Source: Waterburya sp.
GTDB taxonomy: Bacteria; Cyanobacteriota; Cyanobacteriia; Cyanobacteriales; Xenococcaceae
Assembly (NCBI GenBank): GCA_965217895.1
Contig: CBDCJV010000002.1
Location: 1,344,001-1,408,000 of the forward strand
Direction: 5' to 3'
Length of the DNA stretch: 64,000 bases
Shown: piece by piece, positions 31,389 through 41,415 of the stretch
Numbering within the stretch: the first letter of the stretch is position 1
Layout of the letters: each line of letters begins with the position of its first letter
Notes under the pieces: generated by a model
The model's database searches: none
Told to the model about the DNA's origin: nothing
Seen by the model: only the letters and a program-made list of their open reading frames with translations
Position numbers and translations under genes: made by a program

Positions 31389-31796
31389 ATGCGTGAAAAT
31401 ATTTGGATTTGCTCAATAAGCAAAATATTTCCTTATCTATTTGTATTTACCTGCTTTAGTAATTTAATTTTGCAAAACTCGAAGAGCAATTTCGCGATCG
31501 CTCAAGCGTTACCAAATACCGAATATCAAGTTAATCCCGTGCTAAAACAGTCACAAAACCAACAGCTTGAACCACAAGAACAACTATTAAGAGACAGACA
31601 ACAGCAATTTCAAGAACAGTATCAACAACAATGGAATCAACGACAGCAAGAATGGAAAGATAAGTTTAGAGAGCAACAGCAAGAAAATCAAGACTTGAGA
31701 AGATTAGAAAGAATTCGCCAAGAAAACGACTTTAGAAGACAGCAAGAAATAAACCGTCAGAGACAAGAATTAATTATTCCTCCTCCCAAAAGCTAA
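31389..31796 (+). CDS. Hypothetical Gln/Arg/Glu-rich protein with a putative signal peptide
   Basis: Hydrophobic N-region, AIA-Q cleavage-like site, long Q-rich helical tail. Confidence 0.65.
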   Translation: MRENIWICSISKIFPYLFVFTCFSNLILQNSKSNFAIAQALPNTEYQVNPVLKQSQNQQLEPQEQLLRDRQQQFQEQYQQQWNQRQQEWKDKFREQQQENQDLRRLERIRQENDFRRQQEINRQRQELIIPPPKS

Positions 31797-31821
31797 TAGC
31801 TACCTTAACAGACTAATCTTG

Positions 31822-31840
31822 TTAACCCGAACTCATGTTA
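31822..31840 (+). mobile_element. Solo IS982-type terminal repeat
   Basis: ttaacccgaactcatgtta resembles the end at 7239-7256; its terminal tta is the stop codon of the DUF302 gene. Confidence 0.55.
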
Positions 31841-32356
31841 CTTAATTGCTGCTTTAGTAATATCTTTCAAGACTCCAGAGACTTTTGCTAAGACTTCATC
31901 GCAGCCATTAATGTTATGACGTTGCTGAAGATATTGAGGAGAGTTGTAAATAACCTGAGTTTGATTATTATCATTCTGCAAAACCAGAATCTTTTGAGGT
32001 AAATCGATCGCCGTAGTGGCAGAACATTTCATCAGGGGTGTTCCCACTTGAGGATTACCAAAAATTAGTAATTGCGTTGGTTTCAATTCTTCCCCAACCT
32101 TTTTGGCATTGGCACTATGATCGATCCGACTAAAAAGTGTCAAACCTTTTTCCTTGATAATCTTGGCTAGGCGATCGGTGGTTTCTGTCACACCATAAGG
32201 ACTTGAGACAGTAATTAAACCATTACTATTGTTATTGACACTATCAGCAACATTTATTGCCTTAACAGCTTCAGAATTATCTTGGGCTATTACCTGCTGA
32301 CTATAGGCTGTACAAATAACAAATATCGACAATAAAAGTTTTAATAAGTGATTCAT
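31838..32356 (-). CDS. DUF302 domain protein with signal peptide
   Basis: S.Y...ET..RL, IDHS..A...G..L.PT.L.IFGNP..GTPLM, IDLP.K.LV. Start placed at ATG 32356 to avoid overlap with trmH. Confidence 0.88.
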   Translation of the reverse strand: MNHLLKLLLSIFVICTAYSQQVIAQDNSEAVKAINVADSVNNNSNGLITVSSPYGVTETTDRLAKIIKEKGLTLFSRIDHSANAKKVGEELKPTQLLIFGNPQVGTPLMKCSATTAIDLPQKILVLQNDNNQTQVIYNSPQYLQQRHNINGCDEVLAKVSGVLKDITKAAIK

Positions 32357-32360
32357 AGAG

Positions 32361-33158
32361 TTAGTAATTACTGATTGATTGTCTTTTGGCTTCATATAAT
32401 AATAAAGCGGTAGCAACTGCTACATTTAGGGATTCTACTCCGTTTGCTAAAGGAATTTTTATCTGCTCATCGGCGATCGCCATTAAATCTTCTGATAATC
32501 CTGCACCCTCGTTACCTAATAAAAGCAGAGTAGGACGAGTAAAATCTACTTGCCAGTAGTTTTTGTTGGCTTGAGAAGTAGTAGCAACTATCTGTACGCC
32601 TGCCTGCTGATGCTGTGAAACTACCTCAGCTAAATTTTGAGCAGTAGCAATGGGGACGCGAAACCATTCTCCTACGCTCGCTCTAAGTACTTTAGGGTTA
32701 TAAATATCTACGCTATCATCACTTAGCCAAATACTATCAACGCTGGTGGCTGCTGCGGTGCGAATAATTGTGCCTAAGTTGCCAGGATCTTGTAGCCTTT
32801 CTAAGGCAATTCCCAGCTTAGTTTTCGAGATTGCTGGTTCATAAGCGAGACGACGCGCGATCGCTACTACTCCATCTGGATTAACCGTTGTCGCGATCGC
32901 ATTTAAGACTTCTAAACTAACTGGCTGAGTTTTAATCCCTTGTTCAGCAATTTTTCGGCATAATGACTGATGATTTTCTTGCCAACGATCTGTGTAAAAA
33001 ACAGTATCTAACCTATAATCTACTTGGCAAGCTGCCTCAACTAAATTTGTGCCTTCTAAAAGCAGCAGGTTTTGCTTAGTTCTTTCCTTAGAGCGATGCA
33101 GTTTACGAACCTGTTTTATTAAAGGATTTTGAGTGCTAGTTAAAATTATCTTATCCAC
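32361..33158 (-). CDS. TrmH/SpoU-family RNA 2'-O-methyltransferase
   Basis: TS.QNP.IK, LQDPGNLGTIIR, GNEGAGL, IP...GVESLNVA. Confidence 0.93.
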   Translation of the reverse strand: MDKIILTSTQNPLIKQVRKLHRSKERTKQNLLLLEGTNLVEAACQVDYRLDTVFYTDRWQENHQSLCRKIAEQGIKTQPVSLEVLNAIATTVNPDGVVAIARRLAYEPAISKTKLGIALERLQDPGNLGTIIRTAAATSVDSIWLSDDSVDIYNPKVLRASVGEWFRVPIATAQNLAEVVSQHQQAGVQIVATTSQANKNYWQVDFTRPTLLLLGNEGAGLSEDLMAIADEQIKIPLANGVESLNVAVATALLLYEAKRQSISNY

Positions 33159-33211
33159 TCACTATTGACGAACAGCATTATTCAAAGTAATACTTTGGTT
33201 GCTAATTAAGA

Positions 33212-33296
33212 TGCGGAACTCGGGACTTGAACCCGAATGTTTTAAGCAAACACTAGAATCTGAATCTAGCGCGTCTACCAATTCCGCCAGTTCCGC
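33212..33296 (-). tRNA. trnL-CAG: tRNA-Leu (anticodon CAG), CCA not encoded
   Basis: GCGGAAC acceptor stem, TGGCGGAATTGGTAGACGC D arm, CTAGA-TTCAGAT-TCTAG anticodon arm, long variable arm, GGTTCAAGTCC T arm. Confidence 0.95.
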
Positions 33297-33456
33297 AGAA
33301 ATTTTGCCTGTAGACTCTTATTATTATTGACTTTTACTACTAATGTCAAACTTCAAATAACTTTAGTTGAATTATTGAAAACCAATTTTTTAACTGAAAT
33401 TAAATAGAGTCTGCCTTAGCTCAAATTAATATTTTTATCATTAAGAGGACAAAGCC

Positions 33457-34806
33457 ATTAACTCTATCTCTAACTTAACTAAAACCAGTGTAGAAAAGCC
33501 TCAAGCTGTATTAGAAATCTGGGGACGCACTTCTTTGAAAGGAAAAGTACAAATTAGTGGTGCCAAAAATTCAGCTCTTGTATTAATGGCAGGGACAATA
33601 ATGTGTCCTGGCAAATCTATCTTGCGTAATGTTCCTAACTTAGTAGATATTAAACGCATGGGGCAAATTCTGACATCTTTAGGAGTGAAGCTAAAACGAG
33701 ATGGTGATGTTTTAGAAATCGATGCCAAACAAATCATCCCCGCAGAAGCTCCTTATGACGTAGTTTCTCAATTAAGAGCCAGCTTTTTTGTGATTGGACC
33801 TCTACTTACTAGACTGGGAACAGCCCGTGTTCCTCTTCCTGGAGGCTGCGCTATTGGCGCACGCCCTGTAGACCTTCACGTGCGCGGTTTGCAGTCGATG
33901 GGAGCAAACGTATCTATTGAAGACGGTGTTGTTCATGCCAATCTCGTCGGTAGCAAACGCCGTTTGCAAGGGGCAAGTATATATCTAGACTATCCCAGCG
34001 TCGGCGCAACAGAAACTATCCTCATGGCAGCAACGTTAGCCGAAGGAATAACCAAGATTGAAAATGCTGCTCAAGAACCAGAAATCGTTGATTTAGCTAA
34101 TTTCTGCAATCAAATGGGAGCAAAAATAACTGGTGCAGGCACAAACACTATTACTATTCAAGGTGTTGCCGAACTTCATCCTATAGATTACAACGTAATT
34201 CCCGATCGCATTGAAGCTGGGACATTTTTAGTTGCAGGGGCAATTACCCACTCAGAAATTACCCTTACTTCGGTAATTCCCGAACATCTAGCCCCTGTCA
34301 TTGCCAAGCTCAAAGAAATTGGCTGTCAGGTATTAGTCGAAGATGAGATCGGTAAAACATTTGGCGGTAATATTCAATCCAAGTGTTTACGAATTATCCC
34401 AGGCGAACTCCACGGTACAGATATCGAAACCCTTCCTTATCCTGGTTTTCCCACGGATATGCAGGCACAGTTTACTGCTCTTTTGAGCATCAGCCAAGGC
34501 AATAGCGTTATTAGTGAAACCGTATTTGAAAATCGCCTCCGTCATGTAGCTGAACTACAGCGCATGGGAACAAACATTCGAGTTAAAGGACATCATGCGA
34601 TCGTTCAGGGAGTATCCTTTATCTCTGGTGCGCCTGTCATGGCAACGGATTTAAGAGCCTCTGCTGCTTTAGTAATAGCTGGTTTGGCAGCCGAAGGTAA
34701 AACCACCGTTCATGGTTTACACCATTTAGATCGCGGTTACGAAAACCTAGAGGATAAACTCCGCAGCTTAGGAGCAAGACTAGAACGTGTAATACCTGCT
34801 AGTTAG
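33457..34806 (+). CDS. murA: UDP-N-acetylglucosamine 1-carboxyvinyltransferase (probable ATT start at 33457)
   Basis: [47 protein letters not shown]. The conserved first strand LEIWG...LKG lies upstream of the TTG at 33535. Confidence 0.95.
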   Translation: MNSISNLTKTSVEKPQAVLEIWGRTSLKGKVQISGAKNSALVLMAGTIMCPGKSILRNVPNLVDIKRMGQILTSLGVKLKRDGDVLEIDAKQIIPAEAPYDVVSQLRASFFVIGPLLTRLGTARVPLPGGCAIGARPVDLHVRGLQSMGANVSIEDGVVHANLVGSKRRLQGASIYLDYPSVGATETILMAATLAEGITKIENAAQEPEIVDLANFCNQMGAKITGAGTNTITIQGVAELHPIDYNVIPDRIEAGTFLVAGAITHSEITLTSVIPEHLAPVIAKLKEIGCQVLVEDEIGKTFGGNIQSKCLRIIPGELHGTDIETLPYPGFPTDMQAQFTALLSISQGNSVISETVFENRLRHVAELQRMGTNIRVKGHHAIVQGVSFISGAPVMATDLRASAALVIAGLAAEGKTTVHGLHHLDRGYENLEDKLRSLGARLERVIPAS

Positions 34807-34997
34807 TTTATTACTCACGCCTAATGTGAATTGACTTTTTGACTATCAGCTTATAAAAAGCCCAATATTTCAAGAGAAATAAAGATTTTTTTGAGAACCC
34901 AATTCAAGCAGATTCAATTCTTCATCTAAATAATCAGAAATTAACTGATGAGTGAAATTATGGTTAATGTTTACGGAAGACGGCACTTAAAGGGGCG

Positions 34998-35275
34998 AAT
35001 ACATTCGCCCCACGTTGCCTCGGCTTTGGGGAGGGTCGTCACGTCCCCAACAGGCGAGCGACCCCCTAAAGGGTTCAGCAGTTTGCTTATGCCAGGGAAC
35101 CCTTTCGACACTTTGCTCAACGGAGGATACCTCCGCAACGCAAGTGTCTCACCACCGCAACTGCTTCACCGCGTCGCCTTCAGGCGCAAGCGTCCGACAC
35201 GAGGGCATCCCTAAACGGGAAGCCACGCGGACTTGGGAATGCGCGAGAGTGGGGTCTGGGGGAAAGTTCCCCCAG
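34998..35275. repeat. Nested cluster of GC-rich hairpin small dispersed repeats
   Basis: Element A is split by module B (35076-35165), which is split by module C (35107-35148); module G sits at 35191-35234. Flanking hairpins include ggggcgaatacattcgcccc and ctgggggaaagttcccccag. Confidence 0.85.
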
Positions 35276-35363
35276 TATTATATTTTGGTTTTTACAGACA
35301 AATTTTGAATAAAAATAGAAAAATCAGCTTTTTTTAATTCACATTAGACGTTACTCATAAATT

Positions 35364-35413
35364 ATAAAAGCGATCGCCTGAGATATTTTTGGCAATCGGG
35401 CGATCGCTTTTTA
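35364..35413. terminator. HIP1-based inverted repeat, likely bidirectional terminator
   Basis: aaaagcgatcgcctga ... tcgggcgatcgctttt with A/T runs on both sides. Confidence 0.6.
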
Positions 35414-35414
35414 T

Positions 35415-35735
35415 TTAGCCTCTAATCTTCATTTTGTAATTGAAAGCTATTTTTTTGAGTCCTTCCATACTTAAATCTCTGTATTCTTTAAATACAAAAT
35501 CTGTTTGCTTGCAACAATTAGTGTATCTCGTACTATCTCCGCCAAGTCCCTTAAATTCATCAACACGAGCTTGTACTTTTTTTACTACTTCACTTACTGT
35601 AAATTCATCGGATATCGTTGCTGCATAGTCTTCTATTATTGAATATTCGGTATTTTCTAATCCATATAGATATATGAATAAAATTTGTAAATCTTGTGGA
35701 AAAGTCCAGTCGTGTCGTCTTATTGTTTGAGTCAT
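35415..35735 (-). CDS. Hypothetical protein (AT-rich, accessory)
   Basis: 106-aa ATG ORF ending at a terminator-like hairpin; no motif recognised. Confidence 0.6.
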   Translation of the reverse strand: MTQTIRRHDWTFPQDLQILFIYLYGLENTEYSIIEDYAATISDEFTVSEVVKKVQARVDEFKGLGGDSTRYTNCCKQTDFVFKEYRDLSMEGLKKIAFNYKMKIRG

Positions 35736-35927
35736 TGATATTCTTCTAAAAACATATTGATTTATTATATACGAAATAAAAAATACTACATTATTTATGT
35801 TTACCTTGTATATAAATAGCGATTAAGCTCAAAACTTTACATGATGAGCGTTGTATACGTCTGTATAGAGCAGTCAAATGGAGTGCGACCATTTTGGCGA
35901 GTTCGGGTGTAGCGCGATTGTTAGACT

Positions 35928-36587
35928 TCATACTCGCCCCGAAAAAAGCGCAGCACAGCCTACGACTTCAACTAAGACATCTTTAAAACGCTTGTCAAGC
36001 TCTCGCCTCAAACCCTCAAGCTCGTCGCTTTGGTTGGAAAAGATCCCTTTTTTGTTGTATACATCCATTAGGCGTTTGGCGAACCAATTCCGTGAGACAC
36101 CTCTGTACAATAGGGTTGAACCAAAAAGGACTGCGTTAGGATTCATCAACACCTTGAGATGATCGAAAACTACCGATTTTGACTCGATAAAACCTGGAAG
36201 GCAATGAAGCAGGTAGTTAATTCCCACCGAATCAAACTTTGACTCGTCCAGAGAAATGGGTTCTAAGACATTTCGACGATATATTTTGGGTTTATATCTT
36301 GCAATACGTTGGGAGGCGAGTTCCAACGTATTGGAGTTGAGATCCATTAAGGCAATGCGCGGAGTGGACGAGGGGAACTGACAATTATCTAGAAAGTAAG
36401 CCGTGCCTACTCCAACATCTAGATGATTCGCTGTAACGCTTTGGTTGTAGAGGTCTAGAAGTCGTTGAGTCGGACACTTCCAAATGAACTGGTTAGAAAC
36501 GCTAAGTACGGCGAAATCATAGGCACCGAGTGTTCGCTTAGTATAAACGGCTTGCCCAGCGTCTACTTGCTCAGGTGTAACACTCAT
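35928..36587 (-). CDS. Class I SAM-dependent methyltransferase
   Basis: HLDVGVGT.YF, LMDLN, FDS...NYLLHCLPG. Start placed at ATG 36587. Confidence 0.88.
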   Translation of the reverse strand: MSVTPEQVDAGQAVYTKRTLGAYDFAVLSVSNQFIWKCPTQRLLDLYNQSVTANHLDVGVGTAYFLDNCQFPSSTPRIALMDLNSNTLELASQRIARYKPKIYRRNVLEPISLDESKFDSVGINYLLHCLPGFIESKSVVFDHLKVLMNPNAVLFGSTLLYRGVSRNWFAKRLMDVYNKKGIFSNQSDELEGLRRELDKRFKDVLVEVVGCAALFSGRV

Positions 36588-36840
36588 AACCTTTTTTCTA
36601 CTCTTTATACAGCTTCTTAGTAGGATGTATTTTTGGTTGAATGTGCAGTGTTGAAAAGATTTTCTTCCCGAATGCACTACTTTAATAATTGCTTACTTTT
36701 GATTCTATAGTCATTTGCAAAAATTTCCTGAAAAAAGCGCGATCGCCCTTCAATAAAAATCTTCCAGGCGACCGCTTATAATTATTTTAGTTTGGCGTTT
36801 TAATTAACCTTATCTGCCGAAACTGGCTGCAAAACTCACA

Positions 36841-37497
36841 TTACTTGCTGCTAGCAGTAGCAGGATAACAAACGCCTACACCGCCTAAGCCACAGTAGCC
36901 ATTAGGCACTTTAGCCAGATACTGTTGATGATATTCTTCTGCATAATAAAATTCTGGTGCGTCGATGATTTCAGTAGAAATTGTTCCGTAATCTGCTTTT
37001 CCTAACTCCTGCTGATATGCAGCTTTAGAAGTTTCTGCTAGCTGCTTTTGTTCTGGAGTAAAAGCATAAATACCAGAACGATATTGAGTACCTCTATCGT
37101 TACCCTGACGCATTCCTTGAGTTGGGTTATGGCTTTCCCAAAATACTTTAAGTAAATCCTCGTAGCTAATCTTTTGAGGATCATAAACAACTAGAACAAC
37201 TTCGTTATGTCCAGTCATACCACTACAGACTTCTTGATAAGTAGGATTGGGAGTAGATCCTGCTGCATAACCAACCGCAGTACTATAGACTCCATCTTGT
37301 TCCCAAAATTTTCTCTCTGCACCCCAAAAACAACCTAACCCAAACATGGCTTTTTCCATGTTTTCAGGAAAAGGTTCTTCAAGCGGGTTGCCGTTTACGT
37401 AATGTTTTGCAGGTACAGCCATAGACTGACTGCGTCCTGGTAATGCTTCTTCAACCGAAGGAATTGTGGCTTTTTTGCCTAAACCGAATAGTCCCAT
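36841..37497 (-). CDS. msrA: Peptide-methionine (S)-S-oxide reductase
   Basis: [40 protein letters not shown]. Confidence 0.97.
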   Translation of the reverse strand: MGLFGLGKKATIPSVEEALPGRSQSMAVPAKHYVNGNPLEEPFPENMEKAMFGLGCFWGAERKFWEQDGVYSTAVGYAAGSTPNPTYQEVCSGMTGHNEVVLVVYDPQKISYEDLLKVFWESHNPTQGMRQGNDRGTQYRSGIYAFTPEQKQLAETSKAAYQQELGKADYGTISTEIIDAPEFYYAEEYHQQYLAKVPNGYCGLGGVGVCYPATASSK

Positions 37498-37814
37498 AAA
37501 AATACTGATCGAACTTTATTAACTATTAACTTTTTTTACGCTATCTCTATCATAGGCATAATAAAGAAATTTTGAAATTCGGCTAACCCTACTTCTAATC
37601 AGTGATTAGCGACCAGTGAGCAATCATTATCTGCTGGTGCTTGATTGTTGTTCCTTATTTTCTTACGATACTATAGCCAAGGTACAAGTATCTTAATTAA
37701 TTTAAGGTATTACTAAAAAAAGATATTAAAAGTCTTACAGACGTAGTAATAATATCATAATTAGTTTTACACCCAAGACTAGCAATGTCATTTGAGTTTA
37801 ATTAGAAATAATTT

Positions 37815-38501
37815 ATGAAAATTTTAGTAGTAGAAGATGACGAGCGTATTAGTGATGCGATAGTCGAATATCTTTCCGACTTACATTACGCTGTTGAAGC
37901 GGTTGGCGATGGTCAGAGTGCCTGGGATTTATTAGATGTATTTACCTATGATATGGTGTTGCTGGATGTAATGATGCCTGAAATGGATGGCATCACTCTT
38001 TGCCAAAAACTACGCAAGAAAGGTTTAGACATTCCTATTCTAATGCTGACGGCTAAAGATACTTTAGAAAATAAGATTGAAGGTTTAGATGCTGGGGCTG
38101 ATGACTATCTAGTCAAACCTTTTGAATTAGATGAATTATCGGCTCGAATTCGTGCTTTGTTGCGTCGAGGAACAGGAACTTTACCTCCTATCTTGACCTG
38201 GGAAAAACTGAAGCTCGATCCTAGTAGCTGTGAAGTTTTCTATGAAGATACTCTTTTACCTTTAAGTCCTAAAGAATACAAGCTGCTAGAATTTTTCCTC
38301 CGCAACGGTCGTCGCGTATTTAGTCGCGCCCAAATTCTAGAACATTTGTGGTCTTTTGAACAAGTTCCAGAAGAAGCAACGGTTAAAGCTCATATTCGTG
38401 GCTTAAGACAAAAACTAGAGGCATCAGGCGCACCTCATGACTTAATTGAAACGGTTTATGGTTTAGGCTATCGTCTCAAGGAAGAACCTCAACAAGTATA
38501 A
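37815..38501 (+). CDS. OmpR-family response regulator
   Basis: VVEDD, LLDVMMP, GADDYLVKPF, winged helix ETVYGLGYRL. Confidence 0.95.
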   Translation: MKILVVEDDERISDAIVEYLSDLHYAVEAVGDGQSAWDLLDVFTYDMVLLDVMMPEMDGITLCQKLRKKGLDIPILMLTAKDTLENKIEGLDAGADDYLVKPFELDELSARIRALLRRGTGTLPPILTWEKLKLDPSSCEVFYEDTLLPLSPKEYKLLEFFLRNGRRVFSRAQILEHLWSFEQVPEEATVKAHIRGLRQKLEASGAPHDLIETVYGLGYRLKEEPQQV

Positions 38502-38512
38502 GTATAAAAATT

Positions 38513-39847
38513 ATGCACCAAGGTTTGCGATCGCGACTGCTATTATACTATTTGATAGTTATGGCAACTATTTCAGGTCTTTTTGGCACAGGGGTTTATG
38601 TCGTTTTTAAGCGTGCTTTATACAAGCAAATCGACAAAAGGCTGTTAACTCTGGCACAGTCTGCTACTCCTTCTTTTGCGGCGGTACGCGATCAGGGCAG
38701 TAAATATCTAAATCAAGTAGAAGAAGTTCCTTGGCGTGATATTTTTAACCGAGATCAGCAAAGCCTAGAATGGTTTGATGAGAACGGAAAATCACTTGGC
38801 AGAAAAGGATTAATTGAGCTTAATGTTCCTCCTGAAGTAGGATCGCAAATTATTGAACAACCAAAGACAGGAGAAGTTTTTCGGACTCATACCCTATCAG
38901 TTTTTGTTCGTAATAATGGTCAAGCAGGACCACCTTCTTTAGTTGGCTTTATTCGCGCTACCCAATCCAGTGCAGAAATAAAAGCAGCAGAAGACGAACT
39001 ATCAGGAATCTTAATTGGAGGAGGAATGTTCACTCTAGTTTTAACTGGGGTAGGGGGCTTTTGGCTGACACAAAAAGCGATTGAACCGATTGAAGCCAGT
39101 TTTTTGCAGCTTAAACAGTTTACTGCCGATGCTTCCCATGAATTACGCAGTCCTTTGACGGCAATTAAAGCTTCTATAGACGTGATGCGCCATCATCCAG
39201 AGCGAGTCCACCCCAAAGATACAAAAAAGCTAGAGGCAATTTCTGGAGCAACGCTGCAAATGAATCAAACTTTAGAAGATTTGCTCTTTTTAGCTCGTGC
39301 TGACGCTGATTCAAGTATGGCTGTACAAGATCGCCAACTAGCTCCTGTCTCCCTCAACCAAATTCTGCAAAATTGTTTTGTATTGCTAGAGCCGTTTGCC
39401 AACGAGAAAAAAATTGTCTTTCAGTCCAAATTTAGAGAGGAAATCGATATTTTAGGCGACACTGCTCAACTATCTCGTTTGTTCTCTAACCTGATGGAAA
39501 ATGCTCTGCAATATACCCCAGAAGAGGGAAGAGTTAGCTTAGATCTATACAAGCAAAATCGCGTTGCTGTAGTTAGTGTTCGCGATACGGGTATTGGTCT
39601 AGCGACCGAAGAAGTATCAAAGGTATTTGACCGTTTTTGGCGAGCGAATAAGGCACGCTCCCGTCGGCAAGGTGGCACGGGGTTAGGTTTGGCAATTTCT
39701 CAAGCGATTGCCAAACGACATGGTGGTAAAATTAGCGTTACTAGCGAGCTTAACATTGGTACTTGCTTTATAGTCCGCATTCCTATTCTAGATAGCAAAA
39801 AGTCATCAGTCACCAAAGCTCATACAACAGCAGTTACTGATTGTTAA
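38513..39847 (+). CDS. Membrane sensor histidine kinase
   Basis: Two TM helices; H-box FTADASHELRSPL; N-box NL.ENAL.YT; DTGIG; GGTGLGLAI. Confidence 0.95.
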   Translation: MHQGLRSRLLLYYLIVMATISGLFGTGVYVVFKRALYKQIDKRLLTLAQSATPSFAAVRDQGSKYLNQVEEVPWRDIFNRDQQSLEWFDENGKSLGRKGLIELNVPPEVGSQIIEQPKTGEVFRTHTLSVFVRNNGQAGPPSLVGFIRATQSSAEIKAAEDELSGILIGGGMFTLVLTGVGGFWLTQKAIEPIEASFLQLKQFTADASHELRSPLTAIKASIDVMRHHPERVHPKDTKKLEAISGATLQMNQTLEDLLFLARADADSSMAVQDRQLAPVSLNQILQNCFVLLEPFANEKKIVFQSKFREEIDILGDTAQLSRLFSNLMENALQYTPEEGRVSLDLYKQNRVAVVSVRDTGIGLATEEVSKVFDRFWRANKARSRRQGGTGLGLAISQAIAKRHGGKISVTSELNIGTCFIVRIPILDSKKSSVTKAHTTAVTDC

Positions 39848-40047
39848 TACTGTACGGGCGACGGGCTGTTCTCCACTACTTGTTTTTCCAGGGAAGTTTT
39901 GTTCCCATTTCCGTTGCAGCCGAGAAAAATAAATAGGCAATTAATAAACCAACTCCAATCAAAAACGCAATCAAGTCATTATCCATTTACTTACTGCCTA
40001 ACTTACCAGTATAAACCATTTTCTGAATTAATTTTACCTACCTACTT

Positions 40048-41415
40048 ATGGCGATCGCAACTATCAATCCTGCAACAGGAAAAACCATAAAGACTTTCAC
40101 TCCCCTAACTGATGCTGAAATAGAAAGCAAGCTGGCTTTGGCACAGTCTACATATCAACAATATCGGCACACTACCTTTGCTCAACGCAGCCAGTGGTTA
40201 AACCAGGCAGCAAACATCTTAGATCGAGATAAGCAAAAATTTGCTGAGACTATGACGACGGAAATGGGTAAAACTCGGCAAAGCGCGATCGCCGAAGTGG
40301 AAAAATGCGCCAAAGTATGCCGTTTCTACAGTGAAAAAGCTCCGGAATTTCTGGCTAATGTAACTATTGACAGTGATGCTAGCCATAGCTACGTTGCTTA
40401 TCAGCCTTTGGGAGTAATTTTGGCAGTCATGCCCTGGAATTTTCCTTTTTGGCAGGTATTTCGCTTTGTTGCTCCTGCTTTGATGGCAGGTAATGTGGGG
40501 CTTCTTAAACACGCTTCTAATGTACCTCAGTGTGCTTTGGCGATCGCCGAAATTATCTCTCAAGCAGGTTTCCCCGAAGGGGCATTCCAAGCTTTATTAA
40601 TTGGCGCAGATCGGGTAAAGTCAATCATGGAAGATGAGCGAGTCAAAGCAGCTACTCTTACAGGAAGCGAGCCAGCAGGGGCAGCTTTGGCTTCTGTGGC
40701 AGGACAACAAATTAAAAAAGTGGTTTTAGAGCTTGGCGGTAGCGATCCTTTTATCGTCTTAGAAAGTGCTGATGTTGACGAGGCAGTGGCTACAGCAGTT
40801 AAAGCGAGGATGCTTAACAACGGGCAATCTTGTATTGCAGCCAAACGTTTCATCGTTGCCGAGAGTATTGCCGATCGCTTTGAGTCTCAGCTAATTGCTC
40901 AGTTTCAAGCTTTAACTATTGGCGATCCAATGTCAGAAGATACAGATATTGGTCCTTTGGCTACTGCTACAATTCGCTCAGAATTAGACCAGCAGGTGAA
41001 AGCAGCCGTTAAGCAAGGAGGAAAAATTTTGCTGGGAGGCGAATCAATTAGCGATCGCCTTGGTAATTATTATCCACCAACTATTTTGGGTAATATCCCT
41101 GTAGATAGTGACATTGCCCAAGAGGAATTTTTTGGCCCTGTGGCTTTATTGTTTCGGGTTAAAGATATCAAGAAAGCGATCGCTCTGGCAAACAATATTC
41201 CCTTTGGTTTGGGCGCAAGTGCTTGGACAAATGACTCTACAGAGCAAGAGCGTTTAATCGCCGAAATCGAGGCAGGATCGGTATTTATCAACGGTCTGGT
41301 TAAATCAGATCCTCGTTTGCCTTTTGGTGGGATCAAGCGATCGGGTTATGGTAGAGAATTAAGTAGCCAAGGAATACACGAATTTGTCAACATTAAAACT
41401 GTTTGGGTTAAATAA
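40048..41415 (+). CDS. gabD: NAD(P)-dependent succinate-semialdehyde dehydrogenase
   Basis: MPWNFPFWQ, LKHAS, TGSE.AG, LELGGSDP, N.GQSCIAAKR, EE.FGP, PFGG.K.SGYGREL. Confidence 0.88.
   Translation: MAIATINPATGKTIKTFTPLTDAEIESKLALAQSTYQQYRHTTFAQRSQWLNQAANILDRDKQKFAETMTTEMGKTRQSAIAEVEKCAKVCRFYSEKAPEFLANVTIDSDASHSYVAYQPLGVILAVMPWNFPFWQVFRFVAPALMAGNVGLLKHASNVPQCALAIAEIISQAGFPEGAFQALLIGADRVKSIMEDERVKAATLTGSEPAGAALASVAGQQIKKVVLELGGSDPFIVLESADVDEAVATAVKARMLNNGQSCIAAKRFIVAESIADRFESQLIAQFQALTIGDPMSEDTDIGPLATATIRSELDQQVKAAVKQGGKILLGGESISDRLGNYYPPTILGNIPVDSDIAQEEFFGPVALLFRVKDIKKAIALANNIPFGLGASAWTNDSTEQERLIAEIEAGSVFINGLVKSDPRLPFGGIKRSGYGRELSSQGIHEFVNIKTVWVK

Noticed and set aside
31951..31968. taacctgagtttgatta as another IS982 end
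   Set aside because: Lies inside the intact DUF302 coding sequence; probably coincidental.
34948..35308. ORFs 34948-35214 and 35015-35308
   Set aside because: They run through GC-rich nested repeats that happen to lack stops; no protein-like features.
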